DNA from: a virus
Reading direction: 5' to 3' (one strand)
Virus record (IMG/VR): IMGVR_UViG_3300038417_000475
Location: 21,152-85,151 of that record
DNA: 64,000 bases
Both the position numbers and the translations under genes were made by a program. Below, piece by piece: positions 18,774-29,069 of this stretch. The stretch's first letter is position 1; every line of letters starts with the position of its first letter. A model generated the notes under the pieces. The model worked only from the letters and a program-made list of their open reading frames with translations. It ran no database searches and was not told the origin of the DNA.

Positions 18774-18951
18774 GTTCCTCCTTGAAGTACTCCTCCAGGA
18801 TGGCATAAAGTTCCCTGGCCACCTTCTCCGCCTCCTCGGGATTCTTGCCCACCCATTTCATAATGACGGAGCTGGGATCCAGAATCCGGAATTTGCCCAG
18901 ATGGGGTTTGAGCTTTTCCAGTGCCTTCGAATAAAGTTCAGCGATACTCAC
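18766..18951 (-). CDS. hypothetical protein
   Basis: GTGA-coupled. Confidence 0.5.
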   Translation of the reverse strand: MSIAELYSKALEKLKPHLGKFRILDPSSVIMKWVGKNPEEAEKVARELYAILEEYFKEEHG

Positions 18952-19892
18952 CGCATCCTCACCTCCTCCATGATATCACGGTGTTTCCTGTAATTCGGAT
19001 CCCTGGCCAGCCATGCCGGCAGATAAAAGCCCATCCGCTCAAAAGTAAGGCCCCAGCAGTTCCAGGCGCTCCATATCTCGGTGGCCTTTTTCAAGCCCGC
19101 TGCGGCTATCTTATACCTCTCTCCCTGATGCTTCAGGTAGTAACGCACCTTGTTCAAGAGATCCTGTTTTCCGGAGAAAACAACCATCTCCTTCTCCGGC
19201 TCGAAGAATTCCCTTGCCTCGGTTTCCTGAATGTCCATCATCATGGCCCCGCAGGAGGTTATCTCGAAAAGATGGCGCCCATTGAAATTAAGGCTGATTT
19301 TGCTCCTGTTGAGAACATCATTCATCCGCCAGGGCTCGAGCTGGCCCGGAATATGTACGTTGATTCCGCTGTCCGCCAAAAAACGTATGTACTCCTTCCA
19401 CAGCGATTGATCTTCTCCGATAAAAGTTACGTCGAAATCACGCTCGATTGATCTGTCGTAATACGTGGAGGGGTCCACAGCATTGTAGGTCAGCAGCACG
19501 TTGGCGATATCGCGGGAAGAGCGGTAGGCTGTCAGGTCCGTTATCCCACAGTAGGTGGCATAGTCCGCTCCCATGAACAGGGAGAGATTGGTGACAACCA
19601 TCAGCACAGGGATATTATGACGTGTGCGGGCCAGGATATCACTCGGCGGGGTCAGCCCGTTGGGTGGTATAAAGATAATGAGGTCCGGATGGAAAAGCCG
19701 GCACTCTTCCACCAGGATCTGCTCCGCCCTATGCTGCTTGAATATCTCATCAGTAATAACAGACTTGTCATCCCCCAGCATGTTGCTGGCTCTCACCACG
19801 CCGACAAGCTCCTCGTTTTTTCCCCTGAGGAACAGAACGCGCAGTTTCCTGAAGGAGTCCTCTGTGATCTCCGGTCTGCGTATCGTGGACAA
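18948..19892 (-). CDS. glycosyltransferase (CgeB/GT-B-like)
   Basis: 'DVTFIG', 'SKISLNF..LFEITSCG', 'KVRYYLKH..ER..IA..G'. Confidence 0.85.
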   Translation of the reverse strand: MSTIRRPEITEDSFRKLRVLFLRGKNEELVGVVRASNMLGDDKSVITDEIFKQHRAEQILVEECRLFHPDLIIFIPPNGLTPPSDILARTRHNIPVLMVVTNLSLFMGADYATYCGITDLTAYRSSRDIANVLLTYNAVDPSTYYDRSIERDFDVTFIGEDQSLWKEYIRFLADSGINVHIPGQLEPWRMNDVLNRSKISLNFNGRHLFEITSCGAMMMDIQETEAREFFEPEKEMVVFSGKQDLLNKVRYYLKHQGERYKIAAAGLKKATEIWSAWNCWGLTFERMGFYLPAWLARDPNYRKHRDIMEEVRMR

Positions 19893-19932
19893 GCACCCCC
19901 CTTGCCGATATTATACAGCAGGGGGGCAAGCT

Positions 19933-22575
19933 CTAGATGACGGCTGCAGCCAGGAGCTTGGCTGCATTACCCCCAAGAGCCGAGACCGGCTTCCGGCCAA
20001 GGATAAGACCGGCCGAGACATAATCCAGAGCAGGAGAGCCTGACGGAGTCAGTACAAAGTAAGCGTTTTTCTTGGCTCTCCAGCTTACAGGGTGAGTCGC
20101 TATTCCGAACGTGTCATTTCCTGATACAGTAACGGAGAGACCAGTAGGATTTCCGTCAGTGTACAAGGTAAGAGTCCAGGACTTTCCTACTCCCGGAGCC
20201 GTCTTGCACTTCAAGCAGATGGTGTTAGGATAGCAGTCATAAGGAGTTATGCAGACTTCATTCCCCGGTATGGAAGCATCTACCCAGCTTATGTTGCAGG
20301 CATTGACTTCTATCTCCGCTCTAGTGGGGATGGTATTAAATCCCGGCATCCCCCTGGTCAGGAGGTAGACCTCGTAGTCCATTCCGATGAAGCAGAAGCC
20401 AAAGTAAGGCCAACCTGGGGGGCTTCCTCCCGACGCAGTCGCTTCCCACCAGAACTGGTCACCAGGTACAAAGTCAATTACCGTGGTGTCGTCGTAGTAG
20501 ACGTCGTTATGGCCTTGGGCGACAGGGACACCGTGGAAGGTGACACTGGTACTGACTCCGTTCTTCATCAGGGTAAGGTCGGTAGTATCACTTCCTCCAC
20601 CAGTCCAACCTGTCATGGCAGCGAAGTACTTCATCTGGCCAGTATGGACCATCGTGGTCTTGGATTGTTCCAGTGTTCCACCGCTGCCTCCAAGCAGTCC
20701 ACTGTAGCTTGGAGGGAAAGCCTGAAGATATCCTTGGGACATGGGGAAGTAGCCATCTGTCAGAGGCGTGAAGTCAGCTGACCAAGAGAATTGCCCATTC
20801 TGTGCACAGGGGACGTACCAGGAGAGTATGTCTCCTTTTTGTATTTCGCAAAGGGTGGCCAGATCTTCATGGTATTTTTCGTTAGCGTAGAAGTCGAGGT
20901 GTAGAAGGTCTACAGTCTGGATAACATGGTTTACATCCAAATAGCTGCGTCGGAGGGTGTAGGTGACAGGCGTACTAATCATCACCGGGTCATCTGTTAG
21001 CTGAAGCCGGACATTCTGGAGCTGGCCAGAGATGGTGATGATGCCAGAAGGAGGAACTGAATCTTCAACCCAGATAGAGCCCTGGAACTGCCCTATGTTC
21101 TGGTTCCCGCCAATGCTTGCTCCAGTGAACCAGCCAAGCAGGGAGAATGTAGTGAGCCCAAGAGTATGGACGCTGACCTCCGCTCCATACCCGTAGTGGC
21201 CATTGCTGCCCAGAGCGTAAGCCCGGTAGTAATAGATGGTAGCTGGAGTCAGGCCACTCAGTCCCGTAGAAAAAGGTCCTGTCCCAAAGCTTCCTCCGCT
21301 AGAGCACCAGTTAGGATATCCGGAAAGACTTGGGGCTACATCTCCCGGGTCACCGTGAGGTGATGTATCCCAGACAAAGCACTCATTGGTGATGACAGTG
21401 TCATTGATAGCGGTTACATTCCCATTCAGGGTGGCTACTGTTTTGCCTACGGAAGTTGCTGGCTGAGTTGTCACCGTAGGCACTCCGCTGAGAATAGTGA
21501 ATCCGCCCAACAGCGTGCCGGTGCCATAGGAGTTGGTGACAGAGATATCCCGAGCGCCAACAGCAGCCCCATTCGCAATAGTGATATTCGCTGTGATCTG
21601 GTTGTCGTTATCTACGGTGAAGCTGTTGACGGTGATGCCAGCTCCGTAGCTCACTACCGTGGCTCCGGTGAAGTTGGAGCCGGCTATGACATCGCTGGCG
21701 ATGGTAGCTCCCTGGTGGCCTGAGTTGGGAGTAGCTGATGTGGGCAGCGGGGCAGCAGTGAGCACAGTGAAGCCATCAGTTAGAGTTCCTGTACCATCCG
21801 GCGAGGTGACAGAGACATCTCTCGCTCCCAGGACCGCTCCAGAAGCTATAGCGATATCTACCGTGATATGAGAATCATCCACCACATCGAGGCCGCTTAC
21901 TGTTATCCCGGCACCGAAGCTCACAGAAGTGGCTCCAGTGAAGTGAGCTCCACCAATAGCCACCCCAAGGATAGTAGCCCCCTGAATACCGGTGTTCGGA
22001 GTGACTGAGAGCACAGAAGGAGCCGGCGGAACGGGCAGGCTGTAATCTATCATGAGAGAAACCCCGCTCATCGCAGCATAGTTCATCCAGTTCGATCTCT
22101 CATTGTGGTCATCCACAAACATCTCAACATTGTCTATCGAAAAGGCGTTGACGAGCTCCTGGATGATGGCGGTTACATCGAAGGGGTTATCGCCGTTTAT
22201 CCAGGTATGGCTTACCACATTTACTAAGGCCAGGGTTACCAGTCCTGTATCAACCACTGTCCCCCCAGGGACAAGGCCTCTCCTGGCCATATAGTCAGCA
22301 AGGTCAGCTATTAGGCCAGGTGAAGCGACTAGCTGGGCCTTAATATAGTTGGTTGGGGTAGCGTTACTATATCCACAGGTGACAGTTAAGATTGCGCTGT
22401 TGATGGTCGACCCTAGTGGAATGGTAACACCGAGAGGGTGATGAGAGCCGAAACCAAATCTGTCTACTCCATAATATGCTATGCTTCCTACAGCAAGGCC
22501 ATAGCCGGAGTTTTGCCATGGACCACCATAGTCTACGTCGTAGAGTTGGTCAGCGGCTATAGTGATAACTGGCAT
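19933..22575 (-). CDS. large Ig/IPT-repeat surface or spike protein
   Basis: two 'V(T)PN.G.QG..G..FTGAT.VS.GAGITV..GARDVSVT' repeats plus FN3-like 'PTVTTQPATSV..ATLNG'. Confidence 0.7.
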   Translation of the reverse strand: MPVITIAADQLYDVDYGGPWQNSGYGLAVGSIAYYGVDRFGFGSHHPLGVTIPLGSTINSAILTVTCGYSNATPTNYIKAQLVASPGLIADLADYMARRGLVPGGTVVDTGLVTLALVNVVSHTWINGDNPFDVTAIIQELVNAFSIDNVEMFVDDHNERSNWMNYAAMSGVSLMIDYSLPVPPAPSVLSVTPNTGIQGATILGVAIGGAHFTGATSVSFGAGITVSGLDVVDDSHITVDIAIASGAVLGARDVSVTSPDGTGTLTDGFTVLTAAPLPTSATPNSGHQGATIASDVIAGSNFTGATVVSYGAGITVNSFTVDNDNQITANITIANGAAVGARDISVTNSYGTGTLLGGFTILSGVPTVTTQPATSVGKTVATLNGNVTAINDTVITNECFVWDTSPHGDPGDVAPSLSGYPNWCSSGGSFGTGPFSTGLSGLTPATIYYYRAYALGSNGHYGYGAEVSVHTLGLTTFSLLGWFTGASIGGNQNIGQFQGSIWVEDSVPPSGIITISGQLQNVRLQLTDDPVMISTPVTYTLRRSYLDVNHVIQTVDLLHLDFYANEKYHEDLATLCEIQKGDILSWYVPCAQNGQFSWSADFTPLTDGYFPMSQGYLQAFPPSYSGLLGGSGGTLEQSKTTMVHTGQMKYFAAMTGWTGGGSDTTDLTLMKNGVSTSVTFHGVPVAQGHNDVYYDDTTVIDFVPGDQFWWEATASGGSPPGWPYFGFCFIGMDYEVYLLTRGMPGFNTIPTRAEIEVNACNISWVDASIPGNEVCITPYDCYPNTICLKCKTAPGVGKSWTLTLYTDGNPTGLSVTVSGNDTFGIATHPVSWRAKKNAYFVLTPSGSPALDYVSAGLILGRKPVSALGGNAAKLLAAAVI

Positions 22576-22616
22576 GTTTCCTCTTTAAGACTGGATGACC
22601 CCGGGGTGGTCGACAT

Positions 22617-23543
22617 CTAGACCTTCAGATAGATCCGGATACCAACCTCTACGTCGTGGAGCTCCAGGCCGGCTACGCCAGTGATGATGGCATTAAGCCA
22701 CTGGAACTGGTAGGTATCTGCGGCAGTGATGTTGCCGGGATCGAAGCCAACTCTGACGTCGCCTGGTCCCGGGCTTGCTACGTCTGTCCAGAGCTGAGCA
22801 TCGGCCCAGTTGATGCAGGTAATGTAGCTCCCGCCGCCTTTGCGGACCTGAATGTACTGACCTCCGCTAAGCTCGTTGATATTGGCCCCATCGAGGTTGA
22901 GGCGCATCCCGAACTTGAACAGAGGAATACATTGGACCACTGTGAAGCCGGCTGGGAAGGCTCCAGCTGGTAAGACCACAGCGGGCAAGGCCAAAGACGC
23001 AGGAGTGGTGTCCGGCAGGGTGATCTTGGCAACGGGTGTAGCATTCCAGAACTCCAGGAAGCCCAGAGCATGATTGATTGTAGGTATGGCTCCAATCAGA
23101 GTCGCCAACTCTGCAAGACCGTACCCCGGGTCAGTGAGCAGCGATCCGATTGCTGAGATCAATGTGGCCAAGTCTGTGCTGGGATTCCCCAGCTTGGCCA
23201 CTATGCTTGTTAGATGATCGGAACTAGGGTCACCAATGGCCGCGAACATCTTCTTGAGGTAATTGCCTGGGCTGAAAGCAAGGTCAAAGGTGTCTCCGTT
23301 AGCCGGCGCAGATGTCCACCGATCTAAGGCCGCAAACGTCATAGCCTTAGTAGCTCCGGTGTAAGTATCTACTTGATGGGATTGCCCGGCTAGTGCTCCG
23401 CTGGTAAATATGAGCAAACTACCATCATAGAAGTCATTGACCGCTGAGGGTAAGTTGGTAACAAACCCTGATACAGATGGAGCAGCATCATTCACTGCTC
23501 CGGGAATTACAAGGAGAGGAGTTACGCTCGAACCGCCAGCCAT
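22617..23543 (-). CDS. putative virion structural protein
   Basis: 'NDFYDGSLLIFTSGALAGQ' beta-rich module common in virion proteins. Confidence 0.55.
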   Translation of the reverse strand: MAGGSSVTPLLVIPGAVNDAAPSVSGFVTNLPSAVNDFYDGSLLIFTSGALAGQSHQVDTYTGATKAMTFAALDRWTSAPANGDTFDLAFSPGNYLKKMFAAIGDPSSDHLTSIVAKLGNPSTDLATLISAIGSLLTDPGYGLAELATLIGAIPTINHALGFLEFWNATPVAKITLPDTTPASLALPAVVLPAGAFPAGFTVVQCIPLFKFGMRLNLDGANINELSGGQYIQVRKGGGSYITCINWADAQLWTDVASPGPGDVRVGFDPGNITAADTYQFQWLNAIITGVAGLELHDVEVGIRIYLKV

Positions 23544-24343
23544 TACGTTTGCTCCACGATGAAGGAGACTATTTGATTGGCCGCGTTACTCGAGAGCCAG
23601 ATACTGTTCGTATTAGCCACACCTAAGCTCAAATCCTCACGGGCTACCAGGGTCCGGCTCTTGGTGGGATCCAGGACCGATACCTTGTCGAAGGCCACAT
23701 AACACATGCCGGTGTTGTTGGGATGACCTTGCAACAGCACTTTATACCCGGTCGGTATGACAAATGCGGGCACGGGATAAGCAGTACTCGGGACGACGCA
23801 GGTGACTGTGAACGCCACTCCCGAGCTGGGGTTCGGTGGAGGAACCAGGCCACCGATCGCAGTCAGGATAAGGATTAAAGTCGCTTGTACAGCCTGAAGA
23901 GTTGCCTGGCTTGCCCTCGTGGACAGGGGAACATCCAACGCGAGGGCTATATTCGCATTGGCGATGACATAAGGAGTCCCCCGTTCTACCTGGACGCCAC
24001 CTGGCAAAGTCGGGAAAGTAATCGTGTCACTGGTATTGGAACTGATGAGGACAGGATACCTCTGGCCCCCAATGTCCATCTGGAGGTGAGCGCCGGGCCA
24101 GATATTAGCCCCCCAGTACTTGGAGCTATCCCTGAGAGTTGTGGGGCTTCCCCCTGTGGCTATGCCGAAATCCAGAGGCACGAGGCCGGTTATAGGCATG
24201 CCTAAGGAGGCAAAGATCTTAAGCAGGTCTGCACGCCCTCCAGTAGGGCCTCTCTCCGCAACTAGCTGCTTGATGGCCTCGACCAGCTCATGTAACTCAG
24301 TCCACGGAGCTTCCGGAAGTTTGTCTCTAAGCCCCAATACCAT
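23543..24343 (-). CDS. putative virion structural protein
   Basis: 'ATGGSPTTLRDSSKYW..ISSNTSDTITF' and jelly-roll-like C-terminus. Confidence 0.55.
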   Translation of the reverse strand: MVLGLRDKLPEAPWTELHELVEAIKQLVAERGPTGGRADLLKIFASLGMPITGLVPLDFGIATGGSPTTLRDSSKYWGANIWPGAHLQMDIGGQRYPVLISSNTSDTITFPTLPGGVQVERGTPYVIANANIALALDVPLSTRASQATLQAVQATLILILTAIGGLVPPPNPSSGVAFTVTCVVPSTAYPVPAFVIPTGYKVLLQGHPNNTGMCYVAFDKVSVLDPTKSRTLVAREDLSLGVANTNSIWLSSNAANQIVSFIVEQT

Positions 24344-24354
24344 ATCTCACCACC

Positions 24355-25296
24355 TTACGAGATGGGTAATGCAGTGATGCCGAAGTAGTTCAGGCCCATC
24401 AGTCCGGCCTTTCCGCTGCCGCAGACATCACAGGCATGAGCATTATCAGCAAAGCCCACCAGATGGTTGTCATCAATCACCAGCTGGCCAGGGCTAGGAG
24501 TATTCACCACTTGGATTCCCACCCCGTTGACCGGATCGGTGGTAGATACCTTATTGCTCAGGATCTTCCGGTATGGCCGGCTGGAGCTGTTCTGCACATC
24601 CTGGATTCCGATGGCGCCGGTCGGGACCTGAATAATATTCCTTCTGGTCACGCAGCCGCCCCCGTTGTTGCGGACAGCCACGGTCACGAAGTCATCAAAG
24701 CGGCAGTCCTCAACTATGGTCCAAGGAGCATCACTGCCCACTCCGCCGGCATAGACGCCATAGGTTGCTACCCCATTGCCGCCGAAGCAGCAATCGTGGA
24801 CATGAGACCTCCAGGTATTCAAGCCCCAAGCATCCTCAGCCACGCCGATACAGAGCTTCGCCGCCAGCTGATGGAAGCCTAAGCCCGCAATCTCCACTGA
24901 ATCGGCCTTGATGTTGATAAGCTCCATATTGTCGGATAAGCCACCCTTGATAGTCGGCTGCCCCCAAGTCAAGCCTGAGGACATGTTGCCCAGTATCTTC
25001 AGTCCCTTCTGGGTCACTACAAGAGTTCCAGCCTCAATGGTAGTCGCGTACTGAATTCCCACCAGGATGATGTCGTAGGGACTGGCCACGGCCAGGGCTT
25101 TGGTGATGGTGGCGAAGGCCTTGGACCAGGGGTAGCCTGCCCAGGAATCACTGCCGCCGGTCGCTCCATTCACACACCATATAGTGCCTGGCATGTTCAC
25201 TGCACCGAGTATCCCTCCAGGAGCTACAAGGGAGCCACTCGGCCCCAGGTTCATTGGGCCGTAAATTCTCTCTCCTGCAATACGTTCGCCTATCAT
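24355..25296 (-). CDS. right-handed beta-helix (pectin-lyase-like) protein
   Basis: 'AFATITKAL..DIILV' cap and stacked N/D-C-F coils; SD AAGGAGG. Confidence 0.7.
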   Translation of the reverse strand: MIGERIAGERIYGPMNLGPSGSLVAPGGILGAVNMPGTIWCVNGATGGSDSWAGYPWSKAFATITKALAVASPYDIILVGIQYATTIEAGTLVVTQKGLKILGNMSSGLTWGQPTIKGGLSDNMELINIKADSVEIAGLGFHQLAAKLCIGVAEDAWGLNTWRSHVHDCCFGGNGVATYGVYAGGVGSDAPWTIVEDCRFDDFVTVAVRNNGGGCVTRRNIIQVPTGAIGIQDVQNSSSRPYRKILSNKVSTTDPVNGVGIQVVNTPSPGQLVIDDNHLVGFADNAHACDVCGSGKAGLMGLNYFGITALPIS

Positions 25297-25307
25297 CAGT
25301 AGCCTCC

Positions 25308-25655
25308 TTAGAAGTACTCGTAGTCCACAACGGTCAGGCAGCCAGCGTCTGCTGAGTCTGCATAGCATTTCAGAGTTCCCAGAAACTCCTTCTCCCTCAG
25401 CTCATCTGCCTTGATCACCACCATTAAGCCTTTTGGCACAGAATACTGGGCCCTTATAAGGGTTTGGGATGAACCTGCCGGTGTGCCTATCGAGGGGTCA
25501 ATGGTGACATCATCCCGGAAGTAGATGATGTGGTCTGCACTTCCGCCTGAATTGTCAATAGTGATATCAGTCATCCTCAGCTTCCGCTCATAGGGAACTG
25601 TTGCCAGGGTGACAATGTTTCCGACTGCGAATGCTGCTGTTCTCGCTGTAGCCAT
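25308..25655 (-). CDS. small beta-rich putative structural protein
   Basis: SD GGAGG, alternating beta pattern. Confidence 0.55.
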   Translation of the reverse strand: MATARTAAFAVGNIVTLATVPYERKLRMTDITIDNSGGSADHIIYFRDDVTIDPSIGTPAGSSQTLIRAQYSVPKGLMVVIKADELREKEFLGTLKCYADSADAGCLTVVDYEYF

Positions 25656-25705
25656 CTCTCATACCTCCAATGTGAAATTGTAGATCACGTCGCGGTAATC
25701 CAAAA

Positions 25706-26485
25706 TCAGAACGATTGCATCTCGGTGTACCACTCGATGAGAGTGGCTTTGTCCTGCATCTGTTCCCACCTGGAGTCGTCGATCACCTTCGCCCCGACAG
25801 GGACGGACGGGATCACGGCTCCCATTGGCGTCTGGGTCGGTGCCAGCGCCGCCGCCTGGGCCTGCATCGACTTGGCCAGCACTTCTCTGAGCGGGCACTT
25901 GTTGATATAGAAGTCGATGGTCACCTTTTCGAAGTCTACGCCATCGACAAAGGGAGCCAGCACGAAGGCCGTCTGGCTGTATATCGCGTACAACTTCCAC
26001 AGCGGGCTTCTGTCCGGGCTGTCATCAGGCCTCTTGGCACCGAGGTACCTGTAGTACTGGTTGGTGATATCCGGGAAGATGGAGTTCGAGCCCACAGTGT
26101 ACACATACTGGCTCTTGGGCACATAGAGCTGGACGAAATAGTTGCCCTTATGGAGGCCAATGGCTATCTCGTACAGGATGCCAGTCTGGGCCGGATAAGC
26201 CTGCAGGGTGCCGGAGATGCCCGGCGGGGAAGCCATATTGGGGACATTCTGGTTTGACAGGTCGAGGAGCTGGTAGTCTGACCCCGGGAGCTTCAGAGCC
26301 ACCGGGAACTTCACCAGGACCGGATCTGCCGCAACCTCGAAGGTGCGACCAGAGGCCCAGGCGAAGCCGGCCTGGTTGGGGAACAACGATGAGAATTTGA
26401 ACCAGGAGCCTTTCTTGGCGAGGACATCCTCAGGGCGTACAGAAATGTCTGCTTTGCCGAATAACTTGGCAAGTTCTATGATCAT
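25706..26485 (-). CDS. putative virion protein
   Basis: beta-rich, strongly GC3-biased codons, SD GGAGG. Confidence 0.5.
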   Translation of the reverse strand: MIIELAKLFGKADISVRPEDVLAKKGSWFKFSSLFPNQAGFAWASGRTFEVAADPVLVKFPVALKLPGSDYQLLDLSNQNVPNMASPPGISGTLQAYPAQTGILYEIAIGLHKGNYFVQLYVPKSQYVYTVGSNSIFPDITNQYYRYLGAKRPDDSPDRSPLWKLYAIYSQTAFVLAPFVDGVDFEKVTIDFYINKCPLREVLAKSMQAQAAALAPTQTPMGAVIPSVPVGAKVIDDSRWEQMQDKATLIEWYTEMQSF

Positions 26486-26582
26486 TTGCGTTCCTCCGTT
26501 TTCTTCTCTCTTCTCCCGAGAGTACGCTATGATGGGCGCTGCCCCGGCTTACCAGGGCAGCGCATTATTCTGTTGTGAAGGT

Positions 26583-26849
26583 TTACTCTGCGTCGACCAG
26601 CATGGCAATGTAGACCACATCACCAGTAGTCGCTGGCTCCCAGTCACTCCAGCTGCCAGAATAGACATTCTTCTCTACAGTTACCGTCAACACATTCCCG
26701 GATATGGACCATGAGGTTGCTAGCAGAGTGGAGGTGGTAAATTTGTTACAGATAGCTACTAGTGCAGACTTGATGTGCACAAACTCGCCAAACTCCTGGA
26801 CGACCTGTCCCCCAGCAGTTAGAGCAGTAGCTACTTTCATCATAAGCAT
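26583..26849 (-). CDS. small beta protein, paralog of 26859-27158
   Basis: shared 'QEFGEFV.I.SALV.I.N.F..SW.I..N.L.VTV.K'. Confidence 0.7.
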   Translation of the reverse strand: MLMMKVATALTAGGQVVQEFGEFVHIKSALVAICNKFTTSTLLATSWSISGNVLTVTVEKNVYSGSWSDWEPATTGDVVYIAMLVDAE

Positions 26850-26858
26850 AGTAGCCTC

Positions 26859-27158
26859 CTACTCCCCATCCACAGTCATAGTGCAAATACAGCCTTGCAC
26901 GTCGGACGTAGTTGCATTTACCCATGCTCCGGGACTTCCGATATTCTCCTTGTCCACGGTCACAACCAGGGTATTGTTGTTGGTAATAGCCCAAGAGCAT
27001 GCCACTTCATAGGAACTCTTGAAGGGATTGGCGATAGTCACCAACGCCGAAACGATGTTCACAAACTCGCCAAACTCTTGAGTAAAAGCTCCGCTACCGA
27101 GTCCAGTTTGCCCAGACGAAGAACCTAGAGTCACTGTCTTTTGTAACAGCATACTCAA
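26859..27158 (-). CDS. small beta protein, paralog of 26583-26849
   Basis: see paralog. Confidence 0.7.
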   Translation of the reverse strand: MSMLLQKTVTLGSSSGQTGLGSGAFTQEFGEFVNIVSALVTIANPFKSSYEVACSWAITNNNTLVVTVDKENIGSPGAWVNATTSDVQGCICTMTVDGE

Positions 27159-27180
27159 TACCTCCTTGCCCTAACCCAGG

Positions 27181-28032
27181 CTAGAGCGACTTATTCTGCG
27201 ACTGCGCGACTATGAGAGAGATCATCTCGAAGTCCGTGTCGTTGGTGGCCGTTGCCGGGCCATCAGGCATCACATCCACCAGCTGGGTCTTCAGAGGCGG
27301 GATGATGATGGGCTTCTCGAAGCGGGTGAACGAGACCTCCCTGCCGACGCCCCAGGTCTTCTTGTAGTTCCGGGAACAAGGCTGAGGAGGAGAAGCCGTG
27401 CCGCCCAGGGTGAACTGAATACCCTCGATCTTGGGGACCTGGATCTTCTCGATGGCTCCGAGATGGATCATGCCGGCATACTGCCACATGGTTTGCGACG
27501 GGATATAGCCGTTGGTTGGCTTGGTGCCACCAGTAAGACCAGTGGTCAACCAGTCAAACACACCCGCCGAAGTGCCACCATAAAGACCTAGAGAAGCTGT
27601 CTTCAGTGGGTTCAACAGCACCCCGCCGACATCCTTCGGCCTCATCGGCCAGATATCGAGCTGGGTGCCCTGGGCCAGGATGCCGCCGAATGAAGACTGG
27701 GTCTGCCACTTCACCGCTTCGATGGTCGCCAGGATGTTCAGGATCTCCTCGGCGATCATGATGGCAATGTCCTCCTGCTCCTTATTGCGGAAGATCATGT
27801 CCAGCTTGGAACAGACGGCGTTGACTTCATCAGGCGATAACCCCATCAGGGTGAGGGCGACTGCCGTTTTTCCGGAGTCGATCAGGGCGGCTGTCCAGTT
27901 AAAGGACCCGCCGTTCAGGAATGCCAGGGAGCCCAGCGGACTGTTGACTGTAGACCAGTCGAAAGGCTTGGGGCCCGGTGGCGCCTGCTGGATGAGATTG
28001 TTATTCTTGCAAAACGTGTAGATAAGTGCCAT
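27181..28032 (-). CDS. candidate major capsid/virion protein
   Basis: most optimised codon usage, strong SD AAGGAGG, helical N-half and beta-sandwich-like C-half; fold not verified. Confidence 0.45.
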   Translation of the reverse strand: MALIYTFCKNNNLIQQAPPGPKPFDWSTVNSPLGSLAFLNGGSFNWTAALIDSGKTAVALTLMGLSPDEVNAVCSKLDMIFRNKEQEDIAIMIAEEILNILATIEAVKWQTQSSFGGILAQGTQLDIWPMRPKDVGGVLLNPLKTASLGLYGGTSAGVFDWLTTGLTGGTKPTNGYIPSQTMWQYAGMIHLGAIEKIQVPKIEGIQFTLGGTASPPQPCSRNYKKTWGVGREVSFTRFEKPIIIPPLKTQLVDVMPDGPATATNDTDFEMISLIVAQSQNKSL

Positions 28033-28085
28033 TGTTCTGAAGTTCCTCCTTCTTCCTAATTTTCTGCGGCTCTGCCGCTTGTTAC

Positions 28086-28532
28086 CTAGAGACTGCCTCT
28101 TGCCCCCTGCATGGCCACAGACTGAGTGAGATGAGCCTGGGTGAAGGCACTCAGGCCGGGCACCGCAGTACGGAGACCTTCAGGCGCGGCGGCTATTAAC
28201 TCAGCAGGACTCTCTTTCACCTTGAGCCCATCTCCTATAGCCTTAGCTTTCTGTCCCGTCAGCTGATTCAGCTTCAGGTTGGCCGTGGATTCCCCCTTCG
28301 CGAGCAGAGAAGAAACCTTCGGCACTCCGGGGATATTCTCCTCAACCTTGGAGACGATAGGGGCTACCCTGGGCAAACGCAGGCCTGAAATACTTGCCGT
28401 ACCTCCCAGGTTAGGTACCTTGCCGGCGATCTTGGACATGATGCCCGATATACTGGGCGCTCCATTGGGCAGGATCGATTCAATCTTCTGCGGGATTACG
28501 ACGGGCTTTAGTAAAGCTGCTTGAACACCCAT
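28086..28532 (-). CDS. Pro/Lys-rich protein, paralog of 31847-32239
   Basis: shared C-terminus 'PEGLRTAVPGLSAFT..HLTQSV.MQGARGSL'. Confidence 0.7.
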   Translation of the reverse strand: MGVQAALLKPVVIPQKIESILPNGAPSISGIMSKIAGKVPNLGGTASISGLRLPRVAPIVSKVEENIPGVPKVSSLLAKGESTANLKLNQLTGQKAKAIGDGLKVKESPAELIAAAPEGLRTAVPGLSAFTQAHLTQSVAMQGARGSL

Positions 28533-28559
28533 GTGGATATGTCCTCCTTCTCAAAATAC

Positions 28560-28910
28560 TTAGGGCATCCATTTTTGGATATCGCCCTGGACTTTGCCGA
28601 TCGTCTCCTCAGCTGCGGTACTTACAGCATGACGGACGCCATCAACGCCATTCTTGGCATTACCGATGGCACCCTGCACCGCGTCTCTGGCTGTTGACAA
28701 GTCGGCGCCGGCCTGGCTCACCGCATCTGAGGCGGCTGACTTCGCTGAGCCGAGGACGCTTTCGGCAGTGCCTACCACAACATCTTTGGCCCCGTCAGCA
28801 ACACTGTCGACAGCACCGAGAAAGCCTTCGGCAACATCCTTCGCGCCTTCAGCAAGTCCGTCAGCAACCTTGAGAAGATCCGGTAATGTAGGTCCCTTTG
28901 CCATATCCAC
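28560..28910 (-). CDS. Ala/Asp-rich amphipathic (apolipoprotein-like) protein
   Basis: 'VADGLAEGAKDV/VADGAKDV' helical repeats. Confidence 0.6.
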   Translation of the reverse strand: MDMAKGPTLPDLLKVADGLAEGAKDVAEGFLGAVDSVADGAKDVVVGTAESVLGSAKSAASDAVSQAGADLSTARDAVQGAIGNAKNGVDGVRHAVSTAAEETIGKVQGDIQKWMP

Positions 28911-28928
28911 ACCTCCTTCGGTGATATT

Positions 28929-28995
28929 TGGGGGAAGCAGCTAAAGCAAAAGGGTTGGGGACCCAACAGCTTTAGCTGTTCCCCAACCCTTTTTT
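28929..28995 (-). promoter_or_regulatory. terminator/antiterminator-like leader
   Basis: two mutually exclusive long stems followed by U-tract. Confidence 0.55.
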
Positions 28996-29019
28996 ATTCG
29001 GTTATTGAATTACGGTATT

Positions 29020-29049
29020 AGACTATTAGAACGCTTCCTACGTTGTCAA
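29020..29049 (-). promoter_or_regulatory. sigma70-like promoter of virion operon
   Basis: TTGACA-acgt(18 bp)-TAGTCT. Confidence 0.65.
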
Positions 29050-29069
29050 TAGGGTATGCTCAATTTACG

